Shown: positions 26,699 through 35,458 of the stretch, in pieces | Layout of the letters: every line of letters begins with the position of its first letter | How positions within the stretch are numbered: position 1 is the first letter of the stretch | DNA from: Rhodothermales bacterium | GTDB taxonomy: Bacteria > Bacteroidota > Rhodothermia > Rhodothermales > JANQRZ01 | Reading direction: 5' to 3' | Assembly (NCBI GenBank): GCA_038232935.1 | Contig: JBBSMX010000001.1 | Location: 9,585-73,584 of the forward strand | Length of the DNA stretch: 64,000 bases | Notes under the pieces: model-generated | Told to the model about the DNA's origin: nothing | The model's database searches: none | What the model saw: the letters and a program-made list of their open reading frames with translations, nothing else | Translations under genes and position numbers: made by a program

Positions 26699-27532
26699 GT
26701 GGATACTACTCCCCTCAACCTCACCGCTGAAGACCGCGCCGCCGCCGTCCCCGAGCTCTACGCTGACTTCGTCGCTGTCGTCCGCCGCCTCCGCCGGGAG
26801 TGCCCTTGGGACCGCGAGCAGACCCACGAGTCCGTCAAGCACCTCCTCATCGAAGAAGCCTACGAAGCGCTCGACGCCATCGACGAGGGCGATTGGGATG
26901 AGCTAAAAGGCGAGCTCGGCGATCTGCTGTTGCACGTCGTCTTCCACAGCGAGATCGCCGAGACGACGACGGGTACCTTCACGCTCGAAGACGTGATCCG
27001 CTTCGAGATGGAGAAGCTCGTGCGGCGGCACCCGCACGTGTTCGGTGATGCGGAGGTGAGCGGGACCGGCGAGGTGCTGAAGAACTGGGAGCAGATCAAG
27101 CAGCAGGAGCGCGCCGACGCAGGCCGCGAGCGCCGGTCTGCGCTCGACGGCGTGCCGCGCCACCTCCCGGCCCTGCTCCGTGCCCAGCGCGTGCAGGAGA
27201 AAGCAGCGGGCGTTGGCTTCGATTTCCCCGAGGCGGCCGGGGCGTGGGAGAAGGTGGAGGAAGAGGTGCGCGAGTTGCGCACGCTCGTCGAGCAGGGGGC
27301 GGCGGCGGACGAGCGCGAAGACGAGTTTGGCGATGTGCTCTTCGCCCTCGTCAACTACGCCCGCTTCACCGGGGTTAACCCGGAGAACGCCCTCCGCCGG
27401 ACGCTCGACAAGTTCCAGCGCCGGTTCGGCCACGTCGAGCAACGCCTCGCCGAGCAGGGCCGGTCGTTCGAGGAGGCAGACCTCGCAGAAATGGACGGCT
27501 ATTGGGACGAGGCGAAAGCTCAGGAGCGCTAG
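26699..27532 (+). CDS. mazG: nucleoside triphosphate pyrophosphohydrolase MazG
   Basis: Tandem MazG domains (LIEEAYEALDAI, ELGDLLLHVVF; second domain EFGDVLFALVNYARF). The start is placed at GTG 26699. The track ORF start at 26588 adds an implausible leader. Confidence 0.85.
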   Translation: MDTTPLNLTAEDRAAAVPELYADFVAVVRRLRRECPWDREQTHESVKHLLIEEAYEALDAIDEGDWDELKGELGDLLLHVVFHSEIAETTTGTFTLEDVIRFEMEKLVRRHPHVFGDAEVSGTGEVLKNWEQIKQQERADAGRERRSALDGVPRHLPALLRAQRVQEKAAGVGFDFPEAAGAWEKVEEEVRELRTLVEQGAAADEREDEFGDVLFALVNYARFTGVNPENALRRTLDKFQRRFGHVEQRLAEQGRSFEEADLAEMDGYWDEAKAQER

Positions 27533-27574
27533 CCTTCACCGCCGAGGTCGCTCAGCTCGCGGAGTTCTTGCTGG

Positions 27575-28123
27575 ATCTGTCCGCAGACGACGCCGCACAA
27601 CCAGCCCTGGCCGTGGTACGTCGCCGGCCCGCGCATCGGCCTGATCGTTCCCCTCCTGCTCCTCGTCGGGGGCCGCGCGTTCGGCGTCTCGGCGAACCTC
27701 CGCCACGCCTGCGCCGCCGTCGTCCCCGGCCGCTCCGAGTTCTTCCGCTACGACTGGCGAGCGCAGGGGCTGTGGAATCTGACCTTCGCTCTCGGCGTCC
27801 TCCTCGGCGGTGCGCTCGCCGTGACGGTGCTGGCAGGCGACGGCGTCATCGCGATCTCCGACGCCACACGCGCCGACCTCGCCGCGCTCGGCGTCACGGA
27901 CTTCACCGGATTTGTGCCCTCCGACCTCTTCTCGTGGTCGGCACTCGGCACGGTGCCGGGCCTCGTCGCGGTCGTGCTCGGCGGGTTCTTCGTCGGGTTC
28001 GGGGCACGGTACGCGGGCGGCTGCACGTCGGGGCACGCCATCACCGGCCTCGCCAGCTTTCAGCTTCCATCGCTCGTCGCGGTGGTCGGATTCTTCGTCG
28101 GCGGCCTGCTGGTTACACATCTT
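27575..28123 (+). pseudogene. YeeE/YedE-family sulfur-transport membrane protein, 3' end interrupted by IS insertion; no canonical start codon
   Basis: ..QPWPWYVAGPRIGLIVPLLLLVGGRAFGVSANLRH..GARYAGGCTSGHAITG.. The frame has no ATG/GTG/TTG between the mazG stop and GTG 27821 (an ATC lies at 27575). Removing the IS restores ..VTHLVLPFLL-stop at 30222-30224. Confidence 0.7.
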
Positions 28124-28129
28124 CAGGAC

Positions 28130-29251
28130 TTACGCAAGAGACATTCGGATCGACGGATTGCGGAGCTGCTCGACCATGTAGTCCGAGAGCAGGTCCCGCT
28201 TGAGCGCGTACACCGTCGTGCCCGCCTGCTCGGCCAGCGACTTCAGCCGCACCCACACCAGCATCGCGCACCCGACGTGGTTCCGCTGCGCCCGCTCCTT
28301 GCGGCACTGGCACTTCTCAATCCCCGTCGTCTGCTTCACCTCCCGATGCAACTGCTCGATCTTCCAGCGCACGGCGCACTCTTCTCGTGCGGCGTCCGAC
28401 GACGATTGAGTCACGTCGTTGGTCACGACGTATTCCGTGCGCTCGGTCGAGAGCGCGAGCCGGAACAGCTTCGCCTGATGCCCCTTCGGCATCCCCTTGA
28501 GGTGGACGAGTCGGCCCTCGTCGAGCGCGGCGAGCCCGTCGAGCGCGGCGAGCCCGTCGACGCGCTGGTAGTCTTGGCCCGGGCCGAGACTGACCTGGCG
28601 GTTGCCGCGCACAGGGCAGTAGTAGACCTTCCCCAGCCGCTCGATCTGCTTCCCCAGCCGCTCGATCTGCTTCCCCAGCCGCTCGATCTGCTTCCCCAGC
28701 GGCTCGATCTGCTTCCCCAGCGGCATCGTCGCGTACCAGGCGTCCATGAGCACGGTCGAAAACGGCAGCGGCACCTCCACACCGTCGGCACCCAAGACGC
28801 GCTTGTGACGAGCAGTGTGCTTGAGCATCTCCTCGACGTGGGTCAGCTTCGTCTTCCCATCGGTCTCGGGGGCGAAGACCCGGTAGTCGATGACCCCAAA
28901 GCGGCCGAGCGCTGGATTGACGTAGACGCACGTCACGACGCCGATCCCCTCGATGACGCCTTGGGCGTTGCCGCTCCACTGCCGCCGAGCGGGCTCGGTC
29001 TCGCGGCTGTGGCGCTTGTCGAGCACGGTGTCGTCGAAGAGGAGATAGCCGCGCGCGTTCGGCACGAGGTCCACCTTGACGTTGTCCCACACGAGCCGAG
29101 GCGTGACGCGGTCGCCGCGGAGGTAGCGGTTGATCGTGTCGTGGCTCCAGCGCGAGTGGTCGGCCAACGTCCGGGCGTGGTCGGCGAAGTAGGTGAGGGT
29201 GTAGTTGGTCTGGCTCGAGAGCAAGAACTGGCCGTAGTCGAGGCGGGTCAT
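28130..29251 (-). CDS. IS701-family DDE transposase containing in-frame tandem-repeat expansions
   Basis: MTRLDYGQFLLSSQTNYTLTYFADH.. ..LFDDTVLDKRHS.. ..VLMDAWYAT..LGKVYYCPVRGNR.. ..RWKIEQLHREVKQ.. is IS701/IS4-like from memory. Confidence 0.85.
   Translation of the reverse strand: MTRLDYGQFLLSSQTNYTLTYFADHARTLADHSRWSHDTINRYLRGDRVTPRLVWDNVKVDLVPNARGYLLFDDTVLDKRHSRETEPARRQWSGNAQGVIEGIGVVTCVYVNPALGRFGVIDYRVFAPETDGKTKLTHVEEMLKHTARHKRVLGADGVEVPLPFSTVLMDAWYATMPLGKQIEPLGKQIERLGKQIERLGKQIERLGKVYYCPVRGNRQVSLGPGQDYQRVDGLAALDGLAALDEGRLVHLKGMPKGHQAKLFRLALSTERTEYVVTNDVTQSSSDAAREECAVRWKIEQLHREVKQTTGIEKCQCRKERAQRNHVGCAMLVWVRLKSLAEQAGTTVYALKRDLLSDYMVEQLRNPSIRMSLA
28520..28558. repeat. 18-bp tandem repeat, about 2.2 copies, in frame (DGLAAL x2)
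   Basis: GTCGAGCGCGGCGAGCCC repeated within the transposase CDS. Confidence 0.85.
28628..28723. repeat. 21-bp tandem repeat, about 4.5 copies, in frame (LGKQIE[P/R] x4 + LGK)
   Basis: CCCCAGCCGCTCGATCTGCTT x3, then CCCCAGCGGCTCGATCTGCTT, then a partial unit. All within the transposase CDS. Confidence 0.9.
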
Positions 29252-29305
29252 GGCCGAAGGGGGCAGATTCAGGCGCTCAGTTTAGGCTGGGCTGCGTAAG
29301 ACGCC

Positions 29306-30145
29306 CTAACAAAACCTCTGGACAGCACCCCACGTGATGAGCGCGCACCCGAGCCGGACCAGCGCCTCGTGCAGGTCGAGCCGACGCTCGTAGCGCACCC
29401 GCAGGCGACGGAAGCCGCTCAGCCACGACAGCGTCCGCTCGACCACCCAGCGGTGCCGCCCCAGGCGCTCGCTCGACTCGACGCCCCGCCGTGCGATGCG
29501 CACCTTGATCCGGCGAAGGTGCAGGGCTCGGCGGCACTTCGGGAAGTCGTAGCCCTTGTCGGCGTGGAGCTTCGCCGGCCGCTTCCGAGGACGACCGCGC
29601 TGCTGGCGGATCGACGGCACGGCGTCGAGTAGGGCCTCGAAAACCATCGAGTCGTTCGTGTTGGCCCCGGTCAGGATCACGGCGAGGGGCGTGCCCCGTC
29701 GGTCGACCACAAGGTGGCGCTTCGTGCCCGGTTTCCCGCGATCCGTCGGATTCGGCCCGATGGCGCGGTCGGAGGCTCGCTCCCCCTTTTTGCGGTGCCC
29801 GGAGCCGGGACCGCTTGCGCGTCGAGCGACGCCCGCGACCAGTCGATCTCGCCGGCGACACCGAGCCGGTCGAGCAGCGCGTGGTGGAGCGCCGTCCAGA
29901 CGCCGGCCTCGTGCCAGTCGCGGAGGCGCCGCCAGCAGGTCATGCCGGAGCCGCAGCCCATCTCGGCAGCCCATCTCGGGTGGGAGCATCTCCCAAGGGA
30001 TGCCGGAGCGGAGGACGAAGAGGAGGCCGGTGAGGGCGGCGCGGTCGGGGACGCGGGGGCGTCCACCGCGCGGCTTGGGGGGCTCCGGTGGGAGGAGCGG
30101 CTCGACGACGGCCCAGAGGTCGTCGGAGAGAATCGGTTTGGTCAT
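29306..30145 (-). pseudogene. IS5-family transposase disrupted by a 13-bp tandem duplication
   Basis: MTKPILSDDLWAVVEPLLPPEPPKPRGGRPRVPDRAALTGLLFVLRSGIPWEMLPPEMGC, then out of frame. The correct continuation GSGMTCWRRLRDWHEAGVW.. lies in the +1 frame. The catalytic part GPNPTDRGKPGTKRHLVVDRRGTPLAV.. lies back in the first frame. Confidence 0.8.
29953..29978. repeat. 13-bp perfect tandem duplication GCAGCCCATCTCG x2
   Basis: Seen directly. Deleting one copy restores ..LPPEMGCGSGMTCWRRL.. Confidence 0.9.
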
Positions 30146-30228
30146 CCCGTTCAACCTCCCCAAGAGACGGGAGGTTTTGTTAGGGCGTCTTAGTCCTGAT
30201 CTTGTCCTCCCGTTCCTACTTTAACGCT

Positions 30229-30693
30229 ATGACGACCGCGACCCTCGATGCTCCCCGAACCCGCGTGCCTCGTTCCGTCGAGTTTGCCGCGTACGGACTC
30301 CCCGGCCTGTTCTTCGGCGTGACGCTGATGAAGGCGGAGGTGGTGTCGTGGTTCAGGATTCAGGAGATGTTCCGCTTCCAGAGCTTCCACCTGTACGGCA
30401 TCATCGGCTCGGCGATTGTTGTAGCGGCCGTGCCGATCCGGCTGATCGACCGTCTCGGACTGCGCTCGGCGACGGGTGCGCCGATCCTGCTCGTGCCGAA
30501 GACGATGGGGCAGGGTGTCCGCTACGCCGTTGGTGGCATCCTCTTCGGCTTCGGCTGGGCGCTGACGGGGACCTGTCCGGGGCCGATGTTCGCGCTCGTC
30601 GGCGGCGGTGTCGGCGTGATGGCCGTCGCGCTCCTCAGCGCCGTCGCCGGGACGTGGGTCTACGGCCACGTCCGCCCTCTGCTGCCGCACTAG
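30229..30693 (+). CDS. YeeE/YedE-family sulfur-transport membrane protein (second subunit)
   Basis: From ATG 30229: MTTATLDAPR.. ..FGVTLMKAEVVSWFRIQEMF.. ..GFGWALTGTCPGPMFALVG.. Confidence 0.8.
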   Translation: MTTATLDAPRTRVPRSVEFAAYGLPGLFFGVTLMKAEVVSWFRIQEMFRFQSFHLYGIIGSAIVVAAVPIRLIDRLGLRSATGAPILLVPKTMGQGVRYAVGGILFGFGWALTGTCPGPMFALVGGGVGVMAVALLSAVAGTWVYGHVRPLLPH

Positions 30694-30717
30694 CCGCTCG
30701 CACTAACCCCTACGACC

Positions 30718-32157
30718 ATGCTGTTCCGACAGATCTTCGACCCGCACCTCGCGCAGTACGCGTACCTCATCGGCTGCCAGAAGACGAAGGAAGCGCTCGT
30801 GATCGACCCCGAGCGCGACATCGACCGCTACGTCGAGGCGGCGGCTGCCGAAGGGCTCCGCATCACGGCCGTCGCCGAGACGCACATCCACGCCGACTTC
30901 CTCTCGGGCGCGCGCGAGTTCGCCGAGCAGCACGGCACGAAGGTCTATCTCTCGGACGAGGGCGACGCCGACTGGAAATATGGGTGGGGCGAGGGCTACG
31001 ACGTGCAGCTTCTCCACGACGGCGACACGTTTACCGTCGGCAACATCAAGGTCGAGGCGGTCCACACGCCAGGGCACACGCCCGAGCACCTCAGTTTCCT
31101 CATCACCGACGAGGGGGGCGGGGCGAGTGAGCCGCTCGGCCTCGCTTCGGGTGACTTCGTGTTTGTCGGCGACCTCGGGCGGCCGGACTTGCTGGAGACG
31201 GCGGCGGGGCAGACCGGCGCGCGGGAACCCGCCGCGCAGGCGCTCTACGACTCCGTGCAGCGGCTGACCGACCTGCCGGACTTCCTCCAGATCTGGCCGG
31301 GCCATGGCGCGGGGAGCGCGTGCGGCAAAGCCCTCGGCTCCGTTCCCCAGTCGACGCTCGGCTATGAAATGAGGCAAAACCGCTCGATTCAGGCGGCGAA
31401 AGAAGGAGAGGAGACGTTCGTTAAAGAGATACTCGAAGGCCAGCCCGAGCCGCCGCTCTACTTCGCGCGGATGAAGCGGCAGAACCGTGACGGCGTCCCC
31501 CTCCTCGGCGGTCTCCCGCAGCCGAAGACGCTCGGAGCCGACGACCTCGCCGAGCTCGCAGACAACGCAGAGGTGACGGTGATCGACACGCGGGCGCGTG
31601 ACGCGTACATGCGCGGCCACCTCGCAGGCTCGATCCTCGCGCCTTTCAACAAGTCCTTCACGACGGTCGCGGGCTCTTACGTCGAGCCCGACGCGCCGGT
31701 CTACCTCGTCATCGAACCGGCCGATGCGGAGGAAGCCGTGCGCGACCTCGTGCGCATCGGGCTCGACGACGTGCGCGGCATCATCCCGCCCGACCCGCTC
31801 CGCGAGTACGGGCGCGACGGTGACACGCTGCGGATGCTCAAGACCATCGACTTCGACGAGCTCGACGGGCGGCGGCACTACACGAACGTCGAAATCCTCG
31901 ACGTGCGGCGGCAGGACGAGTGGGACCGGCGGCACATCCCGGGTGCGCGGCACATCCCCCACGTCCGCCTCGCCGACCACCTCGACGAGCTCCCGCGCGA
32001 CAAGACGATCCTCGTCCACTGCCAGAGTGGCGTCCGCTCGGCCGTCGCCGCCGCGCTCCTCGACGCGCACGAGTTCTCGGTGGCGTACGTCGGCGACCAC
32101 TTCACGAACTGGAAGGAGCGCGAGAAGGAACAAGGCGTGACGATGGGGGCGCATTAG
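30718..32157 (+). CDS. MBL-fold persulfide-dioxygenase-like protein fused to rhodanese domains
   Basis: AETHIHADFLSG, HTPGHTPEH, and a C-terminal rhodanese active-site loop ILVHCQSGVRS. Confidence 0.85.
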   Translation: MLFRQIFDPHLAQYAYLIGCQKTKEALVIDPERDIDRYVEAAAAEGLRITAVAETHIHADFLSGAREFAEQHGTKVYLSDEGDADWKYGWGEGYDVQLLHDGDTFTVGNIKVEAVHTPGHTPEHLSFLITDEGGGASEPLGLASGDFVFVGDLGRPDLLETAAGQTGAREPAAQALYDSVQRLTDLPDFLQIWPGHGAGSACGKALGSVPQSTLGYEMRQNRSIQAAKEGEETFVKEILEGQPEPPLYFARMKRQNRDGVPLLGGLPQPKTLGADDLAELADNAEVTVIDTRARDAYMRGHLAGSILAPFNKSFTTVAGSYVEPDAPVYLVIEPADAEEAVRDLVRIGLDDVRGIIPPDPLREYGRDGDTLRMLKTIDFDELDGRRHYTNVEILDVRRQDEWDRRHIPGARHIPHVRLADHLDELPRDKTILVHCQSGVRSAVAAALLDAHEFSVAYVGDHFTNWKEREKEQGVTMGAH

Positions 32158-32922
32158 ATGCTGCTCGCACTCGTCGGGGCCTTATTCGTGGGGCTGAGCC
32201 TGGGCCTGCTCGGCTCGGGCGGCTCGATTCTCACCGTGCCCGTGCTCGTCTACCTCGTCGGGCAGCCGGAGAAGGAAGCCATTGCCGAATCGCTCGGGAT
32301 TGTCGGGCTGATTGCGCTTTCGGGCGCGGTGATGAACGCGGTGCAGCGGAAGGTGGACTGGCGGAGCGTCCTCCTCTTCGCGATTCCCGGCATGATCGGA
32401 ACCGCGTCGGGCGCGTCGCTCTCCGGGCTCGTCAGCGGGCTCGTGCAGCTCACGGTGTTCTCGGTCACGATGCTCGCCGCGGCCGTGCTGATGTTTCGCG
32501 GCAGGCCCTCGGAAGGAGCCGCCGCGCCGCGTCAGCCGTGGTGGCTGACGGCGGTCGAGGGATTCCTGATCGGCGTGCTGACGGGGTTCGTCGGCGTCGG
32601 CGGTGGGTTTGTGCTCGTGCCGGCGCTCGTGCTCCTCGTCGGCCTCCCGATCCACGTCGCGATTGGGACGAGCCTGACGATCATCGTGCTCAACAGCGCG
32701 AGCGGGTTCGTGCGCTACCTCGACGTGCTGGCCGAGGCGGGGTTGGGGATCGACTGGCAGCTCGTCGGGGTGTTCGGGGCGGTCGGGATCGTCGGCAGCA
32801 TCGTCGGCAACCGGATCGGGGCCTACGTCCCGCGCGCGCGTCTCCGGCAGGGGTTCGCCGTCTTCCTCGTCGTAATGGCGGTCTACATCCTGTGGCGCAG
32901 CCTGCCGGGGCTGATGGCGTAG
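32158..32922 (+). CDS. TauE/SafE-family sulfite/anion exporter
   Basis: Multi-TM protein with [16 protein letters not shown] and [13 protein letters not shown] motifs. The ATG follows the stop of the upstream gene directly. Confidence 0.8.
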   Translation: MLLALVGALFVGLSLGLLGSGGSILTVPVLVYLVGQPEKEAIAESLGIVGLIALSGAVMNAVQRKVDWRSVLLFAIPGMIGTASGASLSGLVSGLVQLTVFSVTMLAAAVLMFRGRPSEGAAAPRQPWWLTAVEGFLIGVLTGFVGVGGGFVLVPALVLLVGLPIHVAIGTSLTIIVLNSASGFVRYLDVLAEAGLGIDWQLVGVFGAVGIVGSIVGNRIGAYVPRARLRQGFAVFLVVMAVYILWRSLPGLMA

Positions 32923-33054
32923 GGGTGGACCTGCGTGTCCGCCCTCGTCGGCGATGACAGCACGGCCGGGCAGGGACGGAGGCCTGCCCCTACAGCACAG
33001 AGGGGCGCGTTCCGTAATTTCGGCTCCCGACTCCTCTGACCTATCGACTCCCCG

Positions 33055-34716
33055 ATGGAAACCGCCGTCACCGTCAAGGCCCCGACCGGCACCGCGCTCT
33101 CGTGCAAAGGCTGGCATCAGGAAGCCGCCCTCCGCATGCTGATGAACAACCTCGACCCGGCCGTCGCCGAGCGGCCGGAGGAACTGATCGTCTACGGCGG
33201 TGGGGGCAAGGCGGCGCGCGACTGGCCGAGCTATCACAAAATCGTCGAGACGCTGCGGCGGCTGGAGAACGACGAAACACTGCTCGTGCAGAGCGGCAAG
33301 CCCGTCGGCGTGTTCCGCACGCACGAGGAAGCGCCGCGCGTGCTGATCGCCAACGCGCACCTCGTCCCGAAGTGGGCCACCATCGACGAGTTCCGTCGCC
33401 TCGACGCGCTCGGCCTCACGATGTACGGGCAGATGACGGCGGGCTCGTGGATCTACATCGGCACGCAGGGGATTGTGCAGGGGACCTACGAGACCTTCGC
33501 CGAGTGCGCCCGCCAGCATTTCGGAGGCTCGCTCGAAGGGCGGCTCGTCGTGACGGCCGGGCTCGGGGGGATGGGCGGCGCGCAGCCGCTCGCGGCGACG
33601 ATGAACGGCGCGGCCTTCCTCGGCATCGACGTGGACCCCATCCGCATCCAGCGCCGCGTAGAAACGGGGTATTGCGACCGGATGGAGAGGGACTTAGACG
33701 CTGCACTTGAAGTGATACTCGGAGCTAAGGCCAACGGAGAGGCGCTCTCGGTCGGCCTCGTCGGCAACATCGCCGAGGTGCTGCCCGAGTTGGTGCGGCG
33801 TGGCATCGTCGCCGACATCGTCACCGATCAGACGAGCGCGCACGACCTCCGCGTCGGCTACATCCCGGCGGGCTATTCGCTGGCCGAAGCCGATGCCTTT
33901 CGAGAGCGCGACCCGGAGGGCTACGACGACGCTGTGCTCGATTCGATGCAGCGCCACGTCGAGGCGATGCTGGCACTGCAACGCGAGGGCGCGGTCGTGT
34001 TCGACTACGGCAACAACCTCCGCGGGCAGGTCGCCGACCGGCGCGGGATGGCCGAGGCGTTCGACATCCCTGGCTTCGTCCCCGAGTTCATCCGGCCGCT
34101 CTTCTGCAAAGGCTCCGGCCCGTTCCGCTGGGCGGCCCTCTCTGGTAATCCCGCCGACATCGCCGCGACCGACACCGCCGTGCTGGAGACGTTTCCCGAG
34201 AAGGAAGCACTCGCGCGGTGGATTCGGAAGGCGCAGGAGAAGGTCCACTTCCAGGGCCTCCCGGCGCGGATCTGCTGGCTCGAATACGGCGAGCGCGCCG
34301 AGATGGGTGAGCGCTTCAACTGGCTCGTGAAAAACGGCAAGGTCGATGCTCCGCTCGTGATCGGGCGCGACCACCTCGACACGGGGTCCGTCGCCAGCCC
34401 GAACCGTGAGACCGAAGCGATGAAAGACGGCTCCGACGCGATTGCCGACTGGCCCCTCCTCAACGCGCTGCTCAACACGGCGTGCGGCGCGTCGTGGGTC
34501 TCGCTCCACCACGGCGGCGGCGTCGGCATCGGTTACTCCATCCACAGCGGCATGGTCTGCGTCGCCGACGGCACCGAGATGGCCGACCGCCGTCTCGCCC
34601 GCGTCCTCACCGCCGACCCTGGCACTGGCGTCATGCGCCACGCCGACGCCGGCTACGACCTCGCTATCGACACTGCCAACGAGCGCGGCGTCGACCTCCC
34701 GATGATCAACGGCTGA
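33055..34716 (+). CDS. hutU: urocanate hydratase
   Basis: ..[27 protein letters not shown].. ..[14 protein letters not shown].. is the full-length urocanase pattern. Confidence 0.95.
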   Translation: METAVTVKAPTGTALSCKGWHQEAALRMLMNNLDPAVAERPEELIVYGGGGKAARDWPSYHKIVETLRRLENDETLLVQSGKPVGVFRTHEEAPRVLIANAHLVPKWATIDEFRRLDALGLTMYGQMTAGSWIYIGTQGIVQGTYETFAECARQHFGGSLEGRLVVTAGLGGMGGAQPLAATMNGAAFLGIDVDPIRIQRRVETGYCDRMERDLDAALEVILGAKANGEALSVGLVGNIAEVLPELVRRGIVADIVTDQTSAHDLRVGYIPAGYSLAEADAFRERDPEGYDDAVLDSMQRHVEAMLALQREGAVVFDYGNNLRGQVADRRGMAEAFDIPGFVPEFIRPLFCKGSGPFRWAALSGNPADIAATDTAVLETFPEKEALARWIRKAQEKVHFQGLPARICWLEYGERAEMGERFNWLVKNGKVDAPLVIGRDHLDTGSVASPNRETEAMKDGSDAIADWPLLNALLNTACGASWVSLHHGGGVGIGYSIHSGMVCVADGTEMADRRLARVLTADPGTGVMRHADAGYDLAIDTANERGVDLPMING

Positions 34717-35060
34717 TGACTGAACAAGAACACATCCAAGCAATTCGAGCGACTTGGCCGGAAAATGGTTTCGCATCACCGGGGTTGTTGGCAGCAGTAG
34801 ACGCCGCACTGGAGGCGCACCCCCTATCGCCGAGTCTGTGGTGTCTGAGAGGCGACATTATCCAGTTGTCAGAGGACGCGGAGGATGGGTTAGAGCTGTC
34901 TGATGCACTACAAAGCTATGAGCGTGCATTGGAACTGGACTCTTCTTGGGTAGAGGGGTATGAGAGCATTGGGCATTTCTTTGATGCCGTCCTCGACGAG
35001 CCAAATCGCGCGCGGCCTTATTTCGAACGCGCCGCCAAGTTGCGCAGTGAAAATGGCTGA
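34716..35060 (+). CDS. TPR-like repeat protein (small)
   Basis: From ATG 34716 (TGATG overlap with hutU): ..SPSLWCLRGDIIQLSED.. ..ALQSYERALELDSSWVEGYESIGHFF.. Somewhat lower GC than the flanks. Confidence 0.55.
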   Translation: MTEQEHIQAIRATWPENGFASPGLLAAVDAALEAHPLSPSLWCLRGDIIQLSEDAEDGLELSDALQSYERALELDSSWVEGYESIGHFFDAVLDEPNRARPYFERAAKLRSENG

Positions 35061-35074
35061 TATCCCAAACTCAA

Positions 35075-35432
35075 GTCATCCCCGCGCAGGCGGGGACCCA
35101 CAGGACCGGCACGCCGATGTCGAAACGCGGCACCGTCTACATCCTCGCCAGCAGTCGCAATGGCACCCTTTACGTCGGCGTCACGAGTGACTTGCTGAAA
35201 CGGATTCGGATGCACAAGCACGAGATAATCGACGGGTTCACGAAGAAATATGGCGTGCATCGGCTCGTCTATTTTGAGGAGCATGACGACATTCGTGATG
35301 CGATTACTCGGGAGAAGCAATTGAAGAAGTGGAACCGGGCGTGGAAGCTGCGGCTGATCGAAGAGATGAACCCTGGGTGGCGGGACCTGTACGAAGTGCT
35401 CGACGGTGGGTCCCCGCCTGCGCGGGGATGAC
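35075..35432 (+). mobile_element. GIY-YIG gene cassette bounded by 27-bp perfect inverted repeats
   Basis: GTCATCCCCGCGCAGGCGGGGACCCAC at 35075-35101, and its exact reverse complement at 35406-35432. Each repeat contains a CCCCGC/GCGGGG hairpin. Confidence 0.45.
35117..35431 (+). CDS. GIY-YIG nuclease-family protein (COG2827-like)
   Basis: GTVYILASSRNGTLYVGVTSDLLKRIRMHK.. ..REKQLKKWNRAWK.. The last 8 codons lie inside the right inverted repeat. Confidence 0.85.
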   Translation: MSKRGTVYILASSRNGTLYVGVTSDLLKRIRMHKHEIIDGFTKKYGVHRLVYFEEHDDIRDAITREKQLKKWNRAWKLRLIEEMNPGWRDLYEVLDGGSPPARG

Positions 35433-35458
35433 TTTTTTAAGGGAGAAGCTAAATCGCC

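Larger units (their letters stand above)
29297..30192 (-). mobile_element. IS5-family (IS427-group-like) insertion sequence nested in the right terminal repeat of the IS701-family element
   Basis: Perfect 22-bp terminal inverted match TAAGACGCCCTAACAAAACCTC (29297-29318) / GAGGTTTTGTTAGGGCGTCTTA (30171-30192). This can be read as 20-bp IRs plus a TA duplication. Confidence 0.85.
28124..30198 (-). mobile_element. IS701-family insertion sequence (carrying a nested IS5-family element), flanked by 5-bp target duplication ATCTT
   Basis: Ends are CAGGACTTACGCA (28124-) and, after removing the nested IS, the reverse complement CAGGACTACGCA (-30198). ATCTT occurs at 28119-28123 and 30199-30203. Confidence 0.75.

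Noticed and set aside
28628-28723. 21-bp direct repeats as a possible mini CRISPR array
   Set aside because: The units are contiguous with no spacers. They lie inside and in frame with a transposase CDS, and no cas genes are nearby.
27821-29299. 492-codon plus-strand ORF
   Set aside because: The first ~100 codons are the genuine YeeE/YedE C-terminal half. The remainder is read-through into the antisense strand of the IS701-family transposase, created by the insertion.
29306-30163. Apparently intact 285-codon IS5-family transposase ORF
   Set aside because: The middle third (..CRDGLRLRHDLLAAPPRLARGRRLDGAPP..) is out-of-frame junk. The apparent continuity is a coincidence of a +13 duplication and the native -1 orfA/orfB offset.
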